Program-made: the position numbers and the translations under genes | The notes under the pieces: generated by a model | What the model was told of the DNA's origin: nothing | The model's input: the letters and a program-made list of their open reading frames with translations, nothing else | Databases searched by the model: none | NCBI GenBank assembly: GCA_030390025.1 | Contig: CM059432.1 | Span: 16,370,001-16,434,000 of the forward strand | Origin: Squalus acanthias | Taxonomy: Eukaryota | Direction: 5' to 3' | Length of the DNA: 64,000 nt | In this document: in pieces, positions 37,806 to 51,570 of the stretch | How positions within the stretch are numbered: the first letter of the stretch is position 1 | Layout of the letters: each line of letters opens with the position of its first letter

Positions 37806-38421
37806 TTTTTTGTATTTAGTCTAGATCTCCATGGTAAGGATCCACAGCAGCCTGATCCTTGAGTACTCTTTCTAAAAATGCATCCCCAGTATTTTTATTT
37901 ATGTATCTTAAAAAGTTATTTAGAAGTGAAAGTGTTATGCGAGTATGGAGCAGCAGCGTGTGGTGCTTACTCTGCCAAGTTCCTAAACTGCAGGGCAGTG
38001 CCAAACAGAAGCCAGGTGCTACCCCTACAGCTCGAGGGAATATCGGAGGAACGTTGCCAATGGACTGCTCTCACACAACCCTTGGCAGCCAGCTAACAGC
38101 AGCTTTGGCAAGGCCCCAAGAACAGACTGACTGCCCTTTGTTCTCAGACAATGGGGGGGGGGGGGGGTATTCCGAGAAACTTCTCTTAACTCCTACACGG
38201 CCTTGGGGAAGGAATCAGCGAAGGTAAGATACTGGGAGTAAATAAATGAATGTGTGATCCTATTGGGGTCTAATTGGGAGGACAGCCAACATAAGTTAAT
38301 AAGTTTACATGATAGGTTGATTTCAAATACATTTTAAAATAAACTATTCCTTTAAGAATTGTGTTAGTTCTCAATGATGGCTTAGTTTGTGTAATCACTG
38401 TAAAAGTAAAACTGAGCCATA

Positions 38422-38700
38422 CAACAACAACAACTTGCATTTATATAGCACCTTTAACGTAGTAAAACGTCCCAAAGCGTTTCACAGCAGCGTTATTAAA
38501 CAAAATTTGACACCGAGCCACATAAGGAGATATTAGGGCAGGTGATCAGAAGCTTGGTCAAAGAGGTAGGTTTTAAGGAGCGTCTTAAAGGAGGAGAGAG
38601 AGGTAGAGAGGCGGAGAGTTTTAGGGAGAAAATTCCAGAGCTTGGGGCCGAGGCAGCTGAAAGCACGGTGGAGCGATTAAAATCAGGGATGAGCAAGAGA
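38422..38700 (-). mobile_element. L2 3' end
   Basis: Reverse complement of the tail seen at 52808-53135 and 1-125. Confidence 0.75.
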
Positions 38701-39174
38701 TCAGACAAGGAAGGGTCAAGGTTCAAAGGTTCTTGTGCTGAGATAGCTGACCTCAGCTGGGGCAATACCAGGGGGTGCTACAGTTAGTCTCAGTGCTCTG
38801 GGCGAGGAAGAGGAAGAAAACCAGGTTTCCCTCTCCTGGTTGTTACCTGCTGACTCTTGGTAGAAAGGACCTATGTTTGTGGAAATTGAGTGAGAACAGC
38901 ATCTGATGCCCTCCATGGGCGAAAAGCTAGCCTATTTCTGAAATCTAGACCAATACATGAAAAATGGCCAGCATCAGTGGAACTACACCCCAGCACAGAT
39001 CATCAAGTTTGAGAAGAGCAGAGATTATTAGAGGGTAGGAACATAAGAATGGTGTTTAAACATGATTGTAACCTTAGTAGTTAGAGCTACAGAGTTTCTA
39101 TCCATTGTTGGGCATTGTAATAGGACCGCCTGCAGGGTCGGCTCCTGGATCTGGTGAAATCCATCATGCACAGA

Positions 39175-42100
39175 TCCAGAGAGTGACAGACAGTGCTGAT
39201 CCAGAGGAACAGAGAGAGAGTGACAGACAGTGCTGATCCAGAGTAACAGAGAGTGACAGACAGTGCTGATCCAGAGGAACAGAGAGAGAGTGACAGACAG
39301 TGCTGATCCAGAGTAACAGAGAGTGACAGACAGTGCTGATCCAGAGGAACAGAGAGACTGACAGACAGTGCTGAACCAGAGGAACAGCGAGAGTGACAGA
39401 CAGTGCTGATCCAGAGGAACAGAGAGAGTGACAGACAGTGCTGATCCAGAGGAACAGAGAGAGAGTGACAGACAGTGCTGATCCAGAGGAACAGAGAGAG
39501 AGTGACAGACAGTGCTGATCCAGAGTGACAGAGAGTGACAGACAGTGCTGATCCAGAGGAACAGAGAGAGAGTGACAGACAGTGCTGATCCAGAGGAACA
39601 GAGAGAGAGTGACAGACAGTGCTGATCCAGAGGAACAGAGAGAGAGTGACAGACAGTGCTGATCCAGAGTGACAGAGAGTGACAGACAGTGCTGATCCAG
39701 AGGAACAGAGAGAGAGTGACAGACAGTGCTGATCCAGAGGAACAGAGAGAGAGTGACAGACAGTGCTGATCCAGAGGAACAGAGAGAGAGTGACAGACAG
39801 TGCTGATCCAGAGGAACAGAGAGAGAGTGACAGACAGTGCTGATCCAGAGGAACAGAGAGACTGACAGACAGTGCTGATCCAGAGGAACAGAGAGAGTGA
39901 CAGACAGTGCTGATCCAGAGTAACAGAGAGTGACAGACAGTGCTGAACCAGAGGAACAGAGAGAGAGTGACAGACAGTGCTGAACCAGAGTAACAGAGAG
40001 AGAGTGACAGACAGTGCTGATCCAGAGGAACAGAGAGAGTGACAGACAGTGCTGATCCAGAGTAACAGAGAGTGACAGACAGTGCTGAACCAGAGTAACA
40101 GAGAGTGACAGACAGTGCTGAACCAGAGGAACAGAGAGACTGACAGACAGTGCTGAACCAGAGGAACAGAGAGAGTGACAGACAGTGCTGAACCAGAGTA
40201 ACAGAGAGAGAGTGACAGACAGTGCTGATCCAGAGGAACAGCGAGAGTGACAGACAGTGCTGAACCAGAGTAACAGAGAGAGAGTGACAGACAGTGCAGA
40301 ACCAGAGTAACAGAGAGAGAGTGACAGACAGTGCTGATCCAGAGGAACAGAGAGAGTGACAGACAGTGCTGAACCAGAGTAACAGAGAGTGACAGACAGT
40401 GCTGAACCAGAGTAACAGAGAGTGACAGACAGTGCTGAACCAGAGGAACAGAGAGAGAGTGACAGACAGTGCTGAACCAGAGGAACAGAGAGTGACAGAC
40501 AGTGCTGAACCAGAGTAACAGAGAGAGAGTGACAGACAGTGCTGATCCAGAGTAACAGAGAGTGACAGACAGTGCTGAACCAGAGTAACAGAGAGAGAGT
40601 GACAGACAGTGCTGAACCAGAGGAACAGAGAGTGACAGACAGTGCTGAACCAGAGTAACAGAGAGAGAGTGACAGACAGTGCTGATCCAGAGTAACAGAG
40701 AGTGACAGACAGTGCTGAACCAGAGTAACAGAGAGAGAGTGACAGACAGTGCTGATCCAGAGTAACAGAGAGTGACAGACAGTGCTGATCCAGAGGAACA
40801 GCGAGAGTGACAAACAGTGCTGAACCAGAGTAACAAAGAGTGAGTGACAGACAGTGCTGAACCAGAGTAACAGAGAGACTGACAGACAGTGCTGAACCAG
40901 AGTAACAGAGAGAGTGACAGACAGTGCTGAACCAGAGTAACAGAGAGAGAGTGACAGACAGTGCTGAACCAGAGTAACAGAGAGAGTGACAGACAGTGCT
41001 GAACCAGAGTAACAGAGAGAGTGACAGACAGTGCTGAACCAGAGTAACAGAGAGAGAGTGACAGACAGTGCTGAACCAGAGTAACAGAGAGAGTGACAGA
41101 CAGTGCTGAACCAGAGTAACAGAGAGAGAGTGACAGACAGTGCTGATCCAGAGGAACAGAGAGAGTGACAGACAGTGCTGATCCAGAGGAACAGAGAGAC
41201 AGACAGTGCTGAACCAGAGTAACAGAGAGAGAGTGACAGACAGTGCTGATCCAGAGTAACAGAGAGTGACAGACAGTGCTGATCCAGAGGAACAGAGAGA
41301 GAGTGACAGACAGTGCTGATCCAGAGGAACAGAGAGAGAGTGACAGACAGTGCTGATCCAGAGGAACAGAGAGAGAGTGACAGACAGTGCTGATCCAGAG
41401 TAACAGAGAGAGAGTGACAGACAGTGCTGATCCAGAGGAACAGAGAGAGAGTGACAGACAGTGCTGATCCAGAGTAACAGAGAGAGAGTGACAGACAGTG
41501 CTGATCCAGAGTAACAGAGAGAGAGTGACAGACAGTGCTGAACCAGAGGAACAGAGAGAGAGTGACAGACAGTGCTGATCCAGAGTAACAGAGAGAGAGT
41601 GACAGACAGTGCTGATCCAGAGTAACAGAGAGAGAGTGACAGACAGTGCTGATCCAGAGTAACAGAGAGAGTGACAGACAGTGCTGAACCAGAGTAACAG
41701 AGAGTGACAGACAGTGCTGATCCAGAGTAACAGAGAGAGAGTGACAGACAGTGCTGATCCAGAGGAACAGAGAGTGACAGACAGTGCTGATCCAGAGTAA
41801 CAGAGAGAGTCACAGACAGTGCTGATCCAGAGTAACAGAGAGAGAGTGACAGACAGTGCTGATCCAGAGTAACAGAGAGAGAGTGACAGACAGTGCTGAA
41901 CCAGAGTAACAGAGAGTGACAGACAGTGCTGAACCAGAGTAACAGAGAGAGTGACAGACAGTGCTGATCCAGAGTAACAGAGAGAGAGTGACAGACAGTG
42001 CTGAACCAGAGTAACAGAGAGAGAGACAGACAGTGCTGAACCAGAGTAACAGAGAGAGTGACAGACAGTGCTGAACCAGAGTAACAGAGAGAGAGTGACA

Positions 42101-42600
42101 GACAGTGCTGATCCAGAGTAACAGAGAGAGAGTGACAGACAGTGCTGATCCAGAGTAACAGAGAGAGAGTGACAGACAGTGCTGAACCAGAGGAACAGCG
42201 AGAGTGACAGACAGTGCTGATCCAGAGTAACAGAGAGAGAGTGACAGACAGTGCTGAACCAGAGTAACAGAGAGAGAGTGACAGACAGTGCTGAACCAGA
42301 GTAACAGAGAGAGAGTGACAGACAGTGCTGATCCAGAGTAACAGAGAGAGAGTGACAGACAGTGCTGATCCAGAGTAACAGAGAGAGTGACAGACAGTGC
42401 TGAACCAGAGGAACAGAGAGAGTGACAGACAGTGCTGAACCAGAGTAACAGAGAGAGAGTGACAGACAGTGCTGAACCAGAGTAACAGAGAGAGAGTGAC
42501 AGACAGTGCTGAACCAGAGTAACAGAGAGAGTGACAGACAGTGCTGATCCAGAGGAACCAGAGGAAAAGAGAGACTGACAGATGGTGGTGATCCAGAGTA
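39175..42600. repeat. Minisatellite, unit GTGACAGACAGTGCTGA(T/A)CCAGAG(G/T)AAC(AG)n, about 35-40 bp, roughly 90 copies, in Ly6 intron 1
   Basis: Direct tandem repetition visible in the sequence; it accounts for the spurious 300-1200 aa minus-strand ORFs. Confidence 0.98.
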
Positions 42601-43010
42601 ACAAGGACCGGCAGACAGTGGTTTGGACTTTATCACAACTTAGCCTCTTCCCTAGGACACCTTCTCCTGCAATCATCACACTTTGTTCCATCACTCTCTC
42701 TTCTCCTTTAAAATCCACGTTATCTCCTGCCCCCTCCCAAGCCCTACCCAGAAATTCTCCCTGGGATAACCTCCTTCCTTTCCTCCCGTAGCATCAGCTC
42801 GACTCCTCATCCTCAATTCCACTCAATTTCCATTTCAACTCCCCTTGTCTTCTTTTCTTTGAATTCACAGGCCTCCCTAAACCTTTCCCTCCATACAAAT
42901 GCTCCTACCCATATTCAAGGCCACCCCCTTGACTTTGCCATCTCCTGTGGCCTCTCTACTTTCATGGTCTTGATCATTGCATCACAACATTACATTACAA
43001 CGGTAACTAT

Positions 43011-44737
43011 GGCCAGAATTTTGCGGGAGGTCAGTGGGCGGGATTGGTGGCGGGTCAGGTGGGAAATTTGATATTTTTGACAGTGGGTTGGGAACCCGCT
43101 GGCAACCCGCCCGCCACGCGCCTTTCCCGATGTCAGGCCTGTCAGCGCTGAGCAGACCCGACAGGCAGCGGTGGGTGACCCGATTCAGGTAATTAGTGGC
43201 TTGTTTAGAGCCACTTAAGAGTGATTTTCAGCTCACCTTTTGCATTTGACAGCTCGCCCACGGGGTCCACGCTGGTCAGGAGTTCAGTGGCCATTGAATC
43301 AGCTGTTGACTTGACAGCTTCAAATGTAAAGTAAAAGCTCCCACCTTACAGAGATATCTTCCCTCAGCCACAAGCTGTTCCTCACTGCATTTCCACAACA
43401 GATTCACCATGCTGCAAGTCTTTACACAAGTCTCCATCCAGTATAACCTCATTACCTCTCTCACCATTGACAGACCGCTTCTGTCATCTCTGTTTCACCT
43501 GCCATCTGTTCCATCAGCATCGGTGCCCTTGAAACTCTCTCACCTTGATCCTCAGTATCCCACCACTATCAGCCCCAACACCAGCAGCACCAACAACAAC
43601 ACCAACCTTCTCCGCAATCAACTGATGCTGCACAGGACAGAGGGCATCAGCACCCGACCACATTGCTGCCCGGGAGGCCAGGGATGGCCTCACCATGACC
43701 AGATTTACTTCACTTGACGCTGTACACCCTGGCTGCCACATGATGCGCCACGTTGACACCACCCCACACCAACACCTTAAAGCATCCCTACAATGCCCAA
43801 GCCATCCCTTTCACACTCATCACCATTGCGGGGGTACCGTTATGTCTCACCATTCACTGCAACTCACGAAGCCACTTCCAAAGGTGCACACAAATCTGTC
43901 CAAGAACACAAAGTGTTGAAAATAAAGTTTGCAATGATTGACACCACATTAACAGAAACTTTGCATGAACATTGGATAAAACACCTAAGTGCCTACCCTT
44001 GTGTGTTGTTAGTTGGTATGATTGCACTAGGATGAGGGTGAGTGTGAGGGGTGGCTAGTTAGATGGGGATGTGATAATATATATAGAGAGGGATGGGTGG
44101 ATGTCTAAGGTAAGTTTGTGTGAGTAAGGATGTGCAGGAGTTGGGTAGGGAAGGCAGAGTGATGGGGACGTGATGAGCAGCACAGCAAGATGAGGTAGAG
44201 TGTGGCTTTGTACCAATGTTTCGTGATCTACTGAGATCATTGAAATGTTTGTGGCACTGCAGCCAGGTCCGCCTGACCACATCCCTGCTTGTGCCCTCCT
44301 GTGCAATGTGCAACCAGGCTGTGTTGATCTCCTGGGGAGGTCTCTTCCACCCATGGGAAGGGAAGAGAACCTCCCTGCGTGATGTGCCTCCCTCCATAAG
44401 CATATGGAGGGAGTCATGGGAGAGCTTGGGTGCAGCCCTGTGCCTGTGTGCAGTGATTGTCAGTGTTTGCAGTGCCTCAATGCTGTAGAACACTGACAGC
44501 ACAAATGTCAATATAAATTTGGACTTGGTCCCTTTAAGGAAACCGGCTGATGACGCGTCATCAAATGACATCACCAGACCCGCTTCCTCTAATTGGCCAG
44601 GAAAGGCGCTGGGCGGGCTTAACAAGCCCTATCAAGGGAAATTCATTTCACAGAGCGGGATGGAGCCAGCAGTGGGGTCAGAACCCGTCACTGACGTCAC
44701 CCGCCACAGACTTGTCGAGGTCAGCAAAATCGTGGCC
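43011..44737 (-). mobile_element. Harbinger deletion derivative with a Myb/SANT-like remnant, nested in a SINE tail that is itself inside an L2
   Basis: Termini GGCCAGAATTTTGC / GCAAAATCGTGGCC; minus-strand peptide APKLSHDSLHMLMEG..RREVLFP..AWLHIAQE..RTWLQCHKHFNDL. Confidence 0.7.
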
Positions 44738-44829
44738 TACACTTCAAAAGTACTTCATTGACTGTAAAGAGCTTTGGGGCGTCCTGAGGTCGTGAAAGGT
44801 GTTATATAAAAGGTCATTCTTTCTTATTG

Positions 44830-47080
44830 GTAAGGCCATCACTGACCACTTCCTAGATCTGTCACTGCCCACATCCCCCTGCCCTCTCTGCACTTCCTAC
44901 TGAGTCCGCCCCGGGAAAACTCTCCTCTGAGTTTTAAGCTCCCAGCATCCTAGCCTTTGGCCTTCCATTCACCATGATACTTCTGCAGGAGTCAACTTGG
45001 CCAAACACTCCCTCATCTTTGAAGCCCTTGACCCCAGCAAAACCTTTACTCTCTCCTAGCCTGGTCATTCCCCCTGGTAAGGCCCCCATCTATGCTCCCT
45101 CAAGTCCAAAGGGGTGCAGACTTGAATGTATCTGGTGCACATCAGGTTTAACCTTCCATCACTAGATCCGGCGGGACCACATCATGCATTATCGGGCCTC
45201 ACTCTCCTGCCAAAACCATCCACTACTCCTGGGTCATCGTGGAGAGCAAAGATAACCTTTGGCTTCCTTTTCTCCACGATCACCCATCTCCTTAAACCCT
45301 TCTCCCTTGCCATTCTACCACCTCACCTGCAGTAACAAGTGGACTAAGATTGAGACTGTCCATTCAGCTGCCTCTCCTGCTTCCCCACATTCCCTCTGCC
45401 TACCAAGTCAAACCTCCTCCGAGGGTCCTCCCTGCTCTAACCCTGAGCCCGTTTCTCTCTCATCTCTCCTTATGCTCTCTCTACGCTCATCTCGTCTATT
45501 AGAACCACCTCCTGTTCCTTTGACCCCAAACCCCTACTAAACTGCTGACCACCTTTCCTTCCTGGCACCTCTGCTAGCTGACATTATAAATAGTTCCCTC
45601 TACTCAGTTACTGTACCCTCTTCCTTTGAAACCACCCTTCTCAGAAAACCCACCCTTGACCCCTCTGTCCTTGCAACCCAACGCTCCATCTCCAATCTTA
45701 ATTTTCTTTCCAAAGTGCTTGAACATGTTGACGCCTCCCAAATTGGTGCCCATCTTTCCTGCAATTCCCGGTTTGAATCTCTACAATCAGATTTCCACCC
45801 CTGCAACAGCACCAAAACACGAAACAACGAAAGTCACAAATGGCATCCCCTGTGACCTTGCCCGTGGTGCAACATCCCTCCTCCTCGTCCTCTCGGCAGC
45901 CGTTGACCACACCATTCTCTTCCAACACTTCTCCTCCATTGTCCAGCTCAGGGACTGCCCTCGCTTGGCTCCACTCTTACCTACCATAGCCAGAGCATCT
46001 CCAGCCATGGTTTCTCCTCTCACTTCCACACCGTTAACTTCAGCGTTCCCCAGGGATCTATCCTTGGCCCCAATGTTACCTTTAAGCTGTGCGGTCACGC
46101 GGCCACGCCGCATTCTAAAGGTCCCGCGCAGCCGGCTTCCCAGCTTTTAAATAGAAACATTTTTGAATGGGCCGCGCAGCCCCTAAAATAATCACAGGGA
46201 ACATTGCTTGCCCCCCCCTCCTCTTTCCAATCTACATGCTGCCCCTTGGTAACACCATCAGCAAACATGGGGTCAGCTTCCACATGCTGAGGGCAACTAG
46301 CTCTACTTCTCCACCACAACTCAACTCCTCCACTGCCTCTGTGCTCTCGGACTGCTTGTCCGACACCCAGTCTTGGTTGAGCCATAATTTCCTCCAGTTA
46401 AACATTGGAAAGACCGAAGCCATCATCTTCAGCCCCCGCCACAAATTTGGTATGCTTCCATCAATTCCATCTCCTGCTCCAGCCATTGTCTCAGGCTTGA
46501 GCAGACTGTACACAACCTCAGCATCCTATTTGACCCCGAGCTGAGCATCCGGTCTCATATCCTTTCCATCGCAAACACCAACTACTTCCACCTCCGGAAT
46601 ATTGCCGGCCTTCACCCCTGCCTCAGCCTATCTCCTGCTGAAACCCTCATTCATGCTTTTGTCACCTCCAGACTTGAGGCTCTGCAAACTTCAACTTCTC
46701 CAAAACTCTGCTGATCCTATCCTATTCTGCACCAAATACAGCACACCCATTACCCCTGTCCTTGCTGACCTACATTGGCTCCTGGTCACCCAATATCTCA
46801 AATTTAAAAACTCTCATCTTTCTGTTTACCTTCCTTCATTGCATTCCCCCTCTCTTTGTCCGCAACCTCCTCCAGCCCAAACCTCTGTTCCTCTCACTCT
46901 GGCCGCCTGTGCATCCATCCCCCTTTACCATTGGCTGCACTTTCAGCCACCTAGGCCCCACACTCTGAAATTCCTCCCCTAATCCTGCTCTCCATCTCCC
47001 GCTCTTCCTTTAAGACCCTCCTTCAAACCCATCTCTTTGACCGCGCTTTTATTCATCCCTTCTAATATATCCTTCTTTGG
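44830..47080 (+). mobile_element. Decayed L2 LINE
   Basis: C-rich strand; peptides ISNLNFLSKVLEH, LSAAVDHTIL, WLSHNFLQLNIGKTEAI. Confidence 0.8.
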
Positions 47081-47459
47081 AGATGTTAGAATTCTCGTGA
47101 AATTAAGGTGGGGGAAACCTTCAAAGCCAAAGTGGGGATGATTCTCAGGATATAATCAAAGACATTCAAATGGAGATAAAAGAATAGAGGACTGAAGAGA
47201 ACAATGGCTAGGTAGCTCTTAAAACTTCCAAAAATGTAGTGGGGTAGGACTTCTACATGCCCACGTGACACCACAGCAAGCCTTCCATATTATCCTGGAG
47301 TGGGTCAAACAATTTATGCCGGTGGGTTCATTGCTGATATTGCTGCTCCTGACAGGCTAACTGCTGCTGGGAGGGTAGAAAATGCTGTGGTGCTACATTT
47401 AAAACTTGTTCACAGACGTAAGATGAAGGTGGGACAGCCTCCCAGAGCATGAGACAAGC

Positions 47460-48095
47460 AAACATAGAAACATAGAAAAATAGGAGCAGGAGTAGGCCAT
47501 TCAGCCCTTCGAGCCTGCTCCGCCATTCAATATGACCATGGCTGATCCTCTGTCTCAATACCATATTCCCGCTCTCTCCCCATACCCCTTGATGCCTTTT
47601 GTGTCTAGAAATCTATCTGTCTCCTTCTTAAATATATTCAGTGGCTTGGCCTCCACAGCCTTCTGTGGTAGAGAATTCCACAGGTTCACCACCCTCTGAG
47701 TGAAGAAAGTTCTTCTCATCTCAGTCCTAAATGTCCTACCCCGTATCCTGAGACTGTGACCCCTCGTTCTAGACCCCCCAGCCAGGGGAAACATCCTCCC
47801 TGCATCCAGTCTGTCTAGCCCTGTCAGAATTTTATACGTTTCCACGAGATCCCCTCTCATTCTTCTAAACTCTAGTGAATACAGGCCCAGTCGACCCAAT
47901 CTCTCCTCATACGACAATCCTGCCATCCCAGGAATCAGTCTGGTGCACCTTCGCTGCACTCCCTCTATGGCAAGTATATCCTTTCTTAGGGAAGGAGACC
48001 AAAACTGCACACAGTACTCTAGGTGTGGTCTCACCAAGGCCCTGTATAACTGTAGTAAGACATCCATGCTCCTGTACTCAAAACCTCTTGCAATG
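47460..48095 (-). mobile_element. CR1 3' fragment
   Basis: Peptide LYRALVRPHLEYCVQFW...GIKGYGE; CATAGAAA repeats at the left end. Confidence 0.9.
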
Positions 48096-48353
48096 AAGCC
48101 CCATAAGAAAGCTGTGCAGGCATTATGGAGGGAGGTGGCTGGGGCAATCGGTGTTACTTTCATCACCCATATTCAGCTACACAGTGCTGGAAATGGTTTA
48201 ATGACGTCATGAGGTTGGCCGAAATAAGTGAAGGCGCCGGTCCTGAAAGAATGATAGAGGCATGATTCAGGAGTTCTATAACTACTATGCATCACAGTGT
48301 ATGGGTATGATCGCATAGTACTTATGGTACTGAGGCAGCAACCCAGAGATCAT

Positions 48354-48507
48354 GGGGGAAAAATTGGGTATCGCCCATTTTGGGGCGTTAATATCGGCCG
48401 GGCGCAAAGTTTAGCGCCCGGTGCTAATTATCACCTCCAATTGCTAAGTTCCTAGCGACTCCCTGGAGGCGCTAACGGGAGACGCTAACCAACCGAATTT
48501 TTCCCCC
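48354..48507. mobile_element. Short Harbinger-like MITE with 3-bp TSD (CAT)
   Basis: cat-GGGGGAAAAATTGG...CCGAATTTTTCCCCC-cat, splitting a SINE head. Confidence 0.75.
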
Positions 48508-48891
48508 CATGAGTTCAAATCCCTCCATGGAAGTCGTGAAATTGAATTCAATAAATCTGATGAAAGGTCATCGACCTGAAACGTTAATTCTGTTTCTCTC
48601 TCCACAGATGCTGCCGGAACTTTTTTTTATTTTAAGTGGAACTTTTTTTCTCGGTTATCATTCATCTTAGCACCTGTGACAAAGAAGAGGCTTTAGCCAT
48701 GGAATATTTTCATCTCTGCAAATTATTTTGTTTTCTTGTAACTGCAGACATTGCACTGAAACACGATTAAAGCACTTCACACAGAAACATCATGAAACCA
48801 ACTAAGAAAGGAATAACATTTTTGTGACAGGCAGGAAATTTGCTTTGTATATGAAGTGCTAAGGTTGCTGCTGTGTTTACTCTATTTGCAG

Positions 48892-49017
48892 TTGTCTCCT
48901 TAAAATGCTACAGCTGCACTGGTGAGATGAGCAATACAATCTGCAATCTGAAGACACCTGAAACGTGCTCCGGTAATAAGGACAGGTGCATGGTAACTCA
49001 GGTCACAGCAGAGCTTT
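48892..49017 (+). CDS. Ly6/uPAR gene exon 2 (VVSLKCYSCTGEMSNTICNLKTPETCSGNKDRCMVTQVTAEL)
   Basis: Acceptor tttgcag, donor T|GTAAGT. 126 nt, phase 1-1, with the LxCYxC start of the LU domain and 5 Cys. Confidence 0.92.
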
Positions 49018-49374
49018 GTAAGTTTACATTCCTAACTATCTTATAAAAGCACTGTGAAAGCTGACATTTAAAATCCATTCTTTATAATGCCATTGTTGAA
49101 CCGAATGAGACATCCATCTGTGTTATAGGTGTTTGTGGCTTCAGATTGTTATATCAACCAGTTATATAGAAAGAGAAATGTTATAATCCTACTAGAATAT
49201 GCAGAGGTGTATAACAAAAATAGGGAGTTATCAGAGACTGTGATTCGGAGTGGTGGAAGGCAGGGAAACAACCCACAGCAAAATATTTGGAAGGAGGCAT
49301 GTTCCCTTCATCATCAGCCTCACCTCTACTGACAGCGCCCGTCATGAATATAATAAGGGAACTTTAAACCCTAC

Positions 49375-50207
49375 GGGTAGAATTTTCATTGACCCGTGGA
49401 GGCGGGTTTGGAGGCGTGTGGGGGGTTAAAATTGCAGATTCGGGGGTTCCGAACCCAACCCGCCTCCATGCCAGTTTCACAGGAGGCGGGTACCCGACCT
49501 GTGCTGGGAGCCGCCTCCCCGAGGCGGGAAGGGGATTAGTGCCAATAAACTGCCTGTTAACAGGTAGTTAACAGGCAGTTTTTTGCCTAATCCCTATTTT
49601 TAGCCCTGAAGTGTGGGCTTCCCGACAGGTCCGAACCACACCGTTTTAGCAAGGCGGACTGTGGGTCTGCAGGGGTTGGAGGGGTCAATATGTCCGGTGG
49701 GCAGGTGAGTGATGGGTGCATGTGTGCAGAGGTAAGTGTGTAAGGTAAGTGTAAAGTGTGGAAAAAAGTTTTACTTACCTTAACTTCCTCCTGCAGGTGT
49801 CAGCCCTTCAGGTCTCGGGAGTCAGAAATCTCACCGGCACAGAAAGCAGAATGGCCGTTGAGCTGTCAAAAGCTGCAGCCTCTGCTTTTTGTTCTGCAGA
49901 GATCTCTAAATCAGCCTGAGAGGAAGGAATTAACTTAGAGGACAGATTGTCAGTGTTTGACAGCTTCAAGGAGCTGTCAAACGCTGATATTTCATCTGTC
50001 AAAAGCTCTTGACAGATGAAATGTCAATCTGTGACGTCACCTGTTGCCGGATGGTCCTTAATTGGCCTGCTGAGCCCGCTGGGCGGGCTCAACAAGGTCA
50101 ATCAAGGGAAAATCGAGTGAGTTGGCCACAAGTCGATGGAGGCGGGACTACAACCCAAAAAGTGGGAGTCCCGCCTCCATCACGTCCCCATTGACAAAAT
50201 CCAGCCC
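49375..50207 (-). mobile_element. PIF/Harbinger-like MITE (same family as 23748) in Ly6 intron 2
   Basis: Its reverse complement shares GGAGGCGGGACT..AGTCCCGCCTCCATCGACTTGTGGCCAAC..GATTGACCTTGTT..GTTTGACAGCTC..GAAGCTGTCAAAC with 23748. Confidence 0.7.
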
Positions 50208-50582
50208 GACGTGTTTTTCATTTGGGCAACATCGGTAATTTTCAAAGAATGTCAAGAGGATTGATGATTGCCTACAGAACTGAGTTATCTATAAATTCTG
50301 ATTGGTAATATTAAATTACATAACACAACAAACTTTCAAAAAAGGTTTTATATTTTCTTTCTGTCTCTTCTTGGCACATGTTAACCTCAGGTGGAGGGTG
50401 AATTGATGGCCTGTTCTCACGCCTCTGTTAGTGATGCCTTTCAGTTGGCTACTAGACAATGCATGAAAGCAGTTGTGGTGATTTATTTCGGGTTCTCTGT
50501 CCATCTCTGTGGCACAACACCCAGAGTGCACTTGATTACCCTCCCAATGGCAAGGCTAAGATCGATAATACTTTGTGAGACT

Positions 50583-51570
50583 CATAAGAACATAAGAAAT
50601 AGGAGCAGGAATAGGCCACTTGGCCCCTCGAGCCTGCTCCGCCATTCAATAAGATCATGGCTGATCTTGGGCTCAAAGCCACTTCCCTGCCCGCTCCCCA
50701 TAACCCTTCACTCCCTTATCTTGCAAAAATCTGTCTATCTCCACCTTAAATGTATTTAATGACCCAGCCTCCATGGCTCTCTGGGACAGAGAATTCCACA
50801 GATTTACGACCCTCTGAGAGAAGAAATTCCTCCTCATCTCAGTTCTAAAAGGGCGACCCTTTATTCTGAAACTATGCCCCCGAGTTCTAGATTTCCCCAC
50901 GAGGGGAAACATCCTCCCTGCATCTACCTTGTCGAGCCCCCTCAGCATCTTATATGTTTCAATAAGATCACCTCTCATTCTTCTAAATTCCAATGAGTAT
51001 AGGCCCAACCTGCTCAACCTTTCCTCATAAGTCAACCCCCTCATCTCAGGAATCAACCGAGTGAATCGTCTCTGAACTGCCTCCAATGCAAGAATATCCT
51101 TCCTTAAATAAGGAGACCAAAACTGTACATGGTACTCCAGGTGTGGTCTCACCAATACCCTGTATAGTTGTAGCAGGACTTCCCTGCTTTTATACTCCAA
51201 CCCCCTTGCAATAAAGGCCAACATTCCATTTGCCTTTTTGATTACTTGCTGTACCTGCATACTAAACTTTTTGTGTTTCATGCACAAGGACCCCCAGGTC
51301 CCTCTGAACTGTAGCATTTTGTAATCTCTCTCCACTTAAATAATAATTTGCTTTTTTTTATTTTTCCTGCCAAAGTGGATAACTGCGCACTTTCCCACAT
51401 TATACTCCATCTGCCAAATGTTTTGCCCACTCACTTAGCCTGTCTATATCCCTTTGCAGATTCTTTGAGTCCTCTGCACAACTTGCTTTCCCACCCATCT
51501 TTGTATCATCCGCAAACTTGGCTACATTACACTCGGTCCCTTCATCCAGGTCATTAATGTAGATTGTAAA
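50583..51570 (-). mobile_element. CR1 3' fragment
   Basis: Peptides FADDTK and LVRPHLEY; CATAAGAA repeats at the left end. Confidence 0.9.

Noticed and set aside
39175..42600. CRISPR-like array of regularly spaced repeats
   Set aside because: The spacers are only (AG)n tracts rather than unique sequences; there are no cas genes and the context is eukaryotic. The same applies to 4030-5030.
39028..42718. ORFs of 1202, 908, 549 and 302 aa on the minus strand
   Set aside because: They are translations of a stop-free minisatellite in all three frames, with frame-shifting unit lengths and no domain content.
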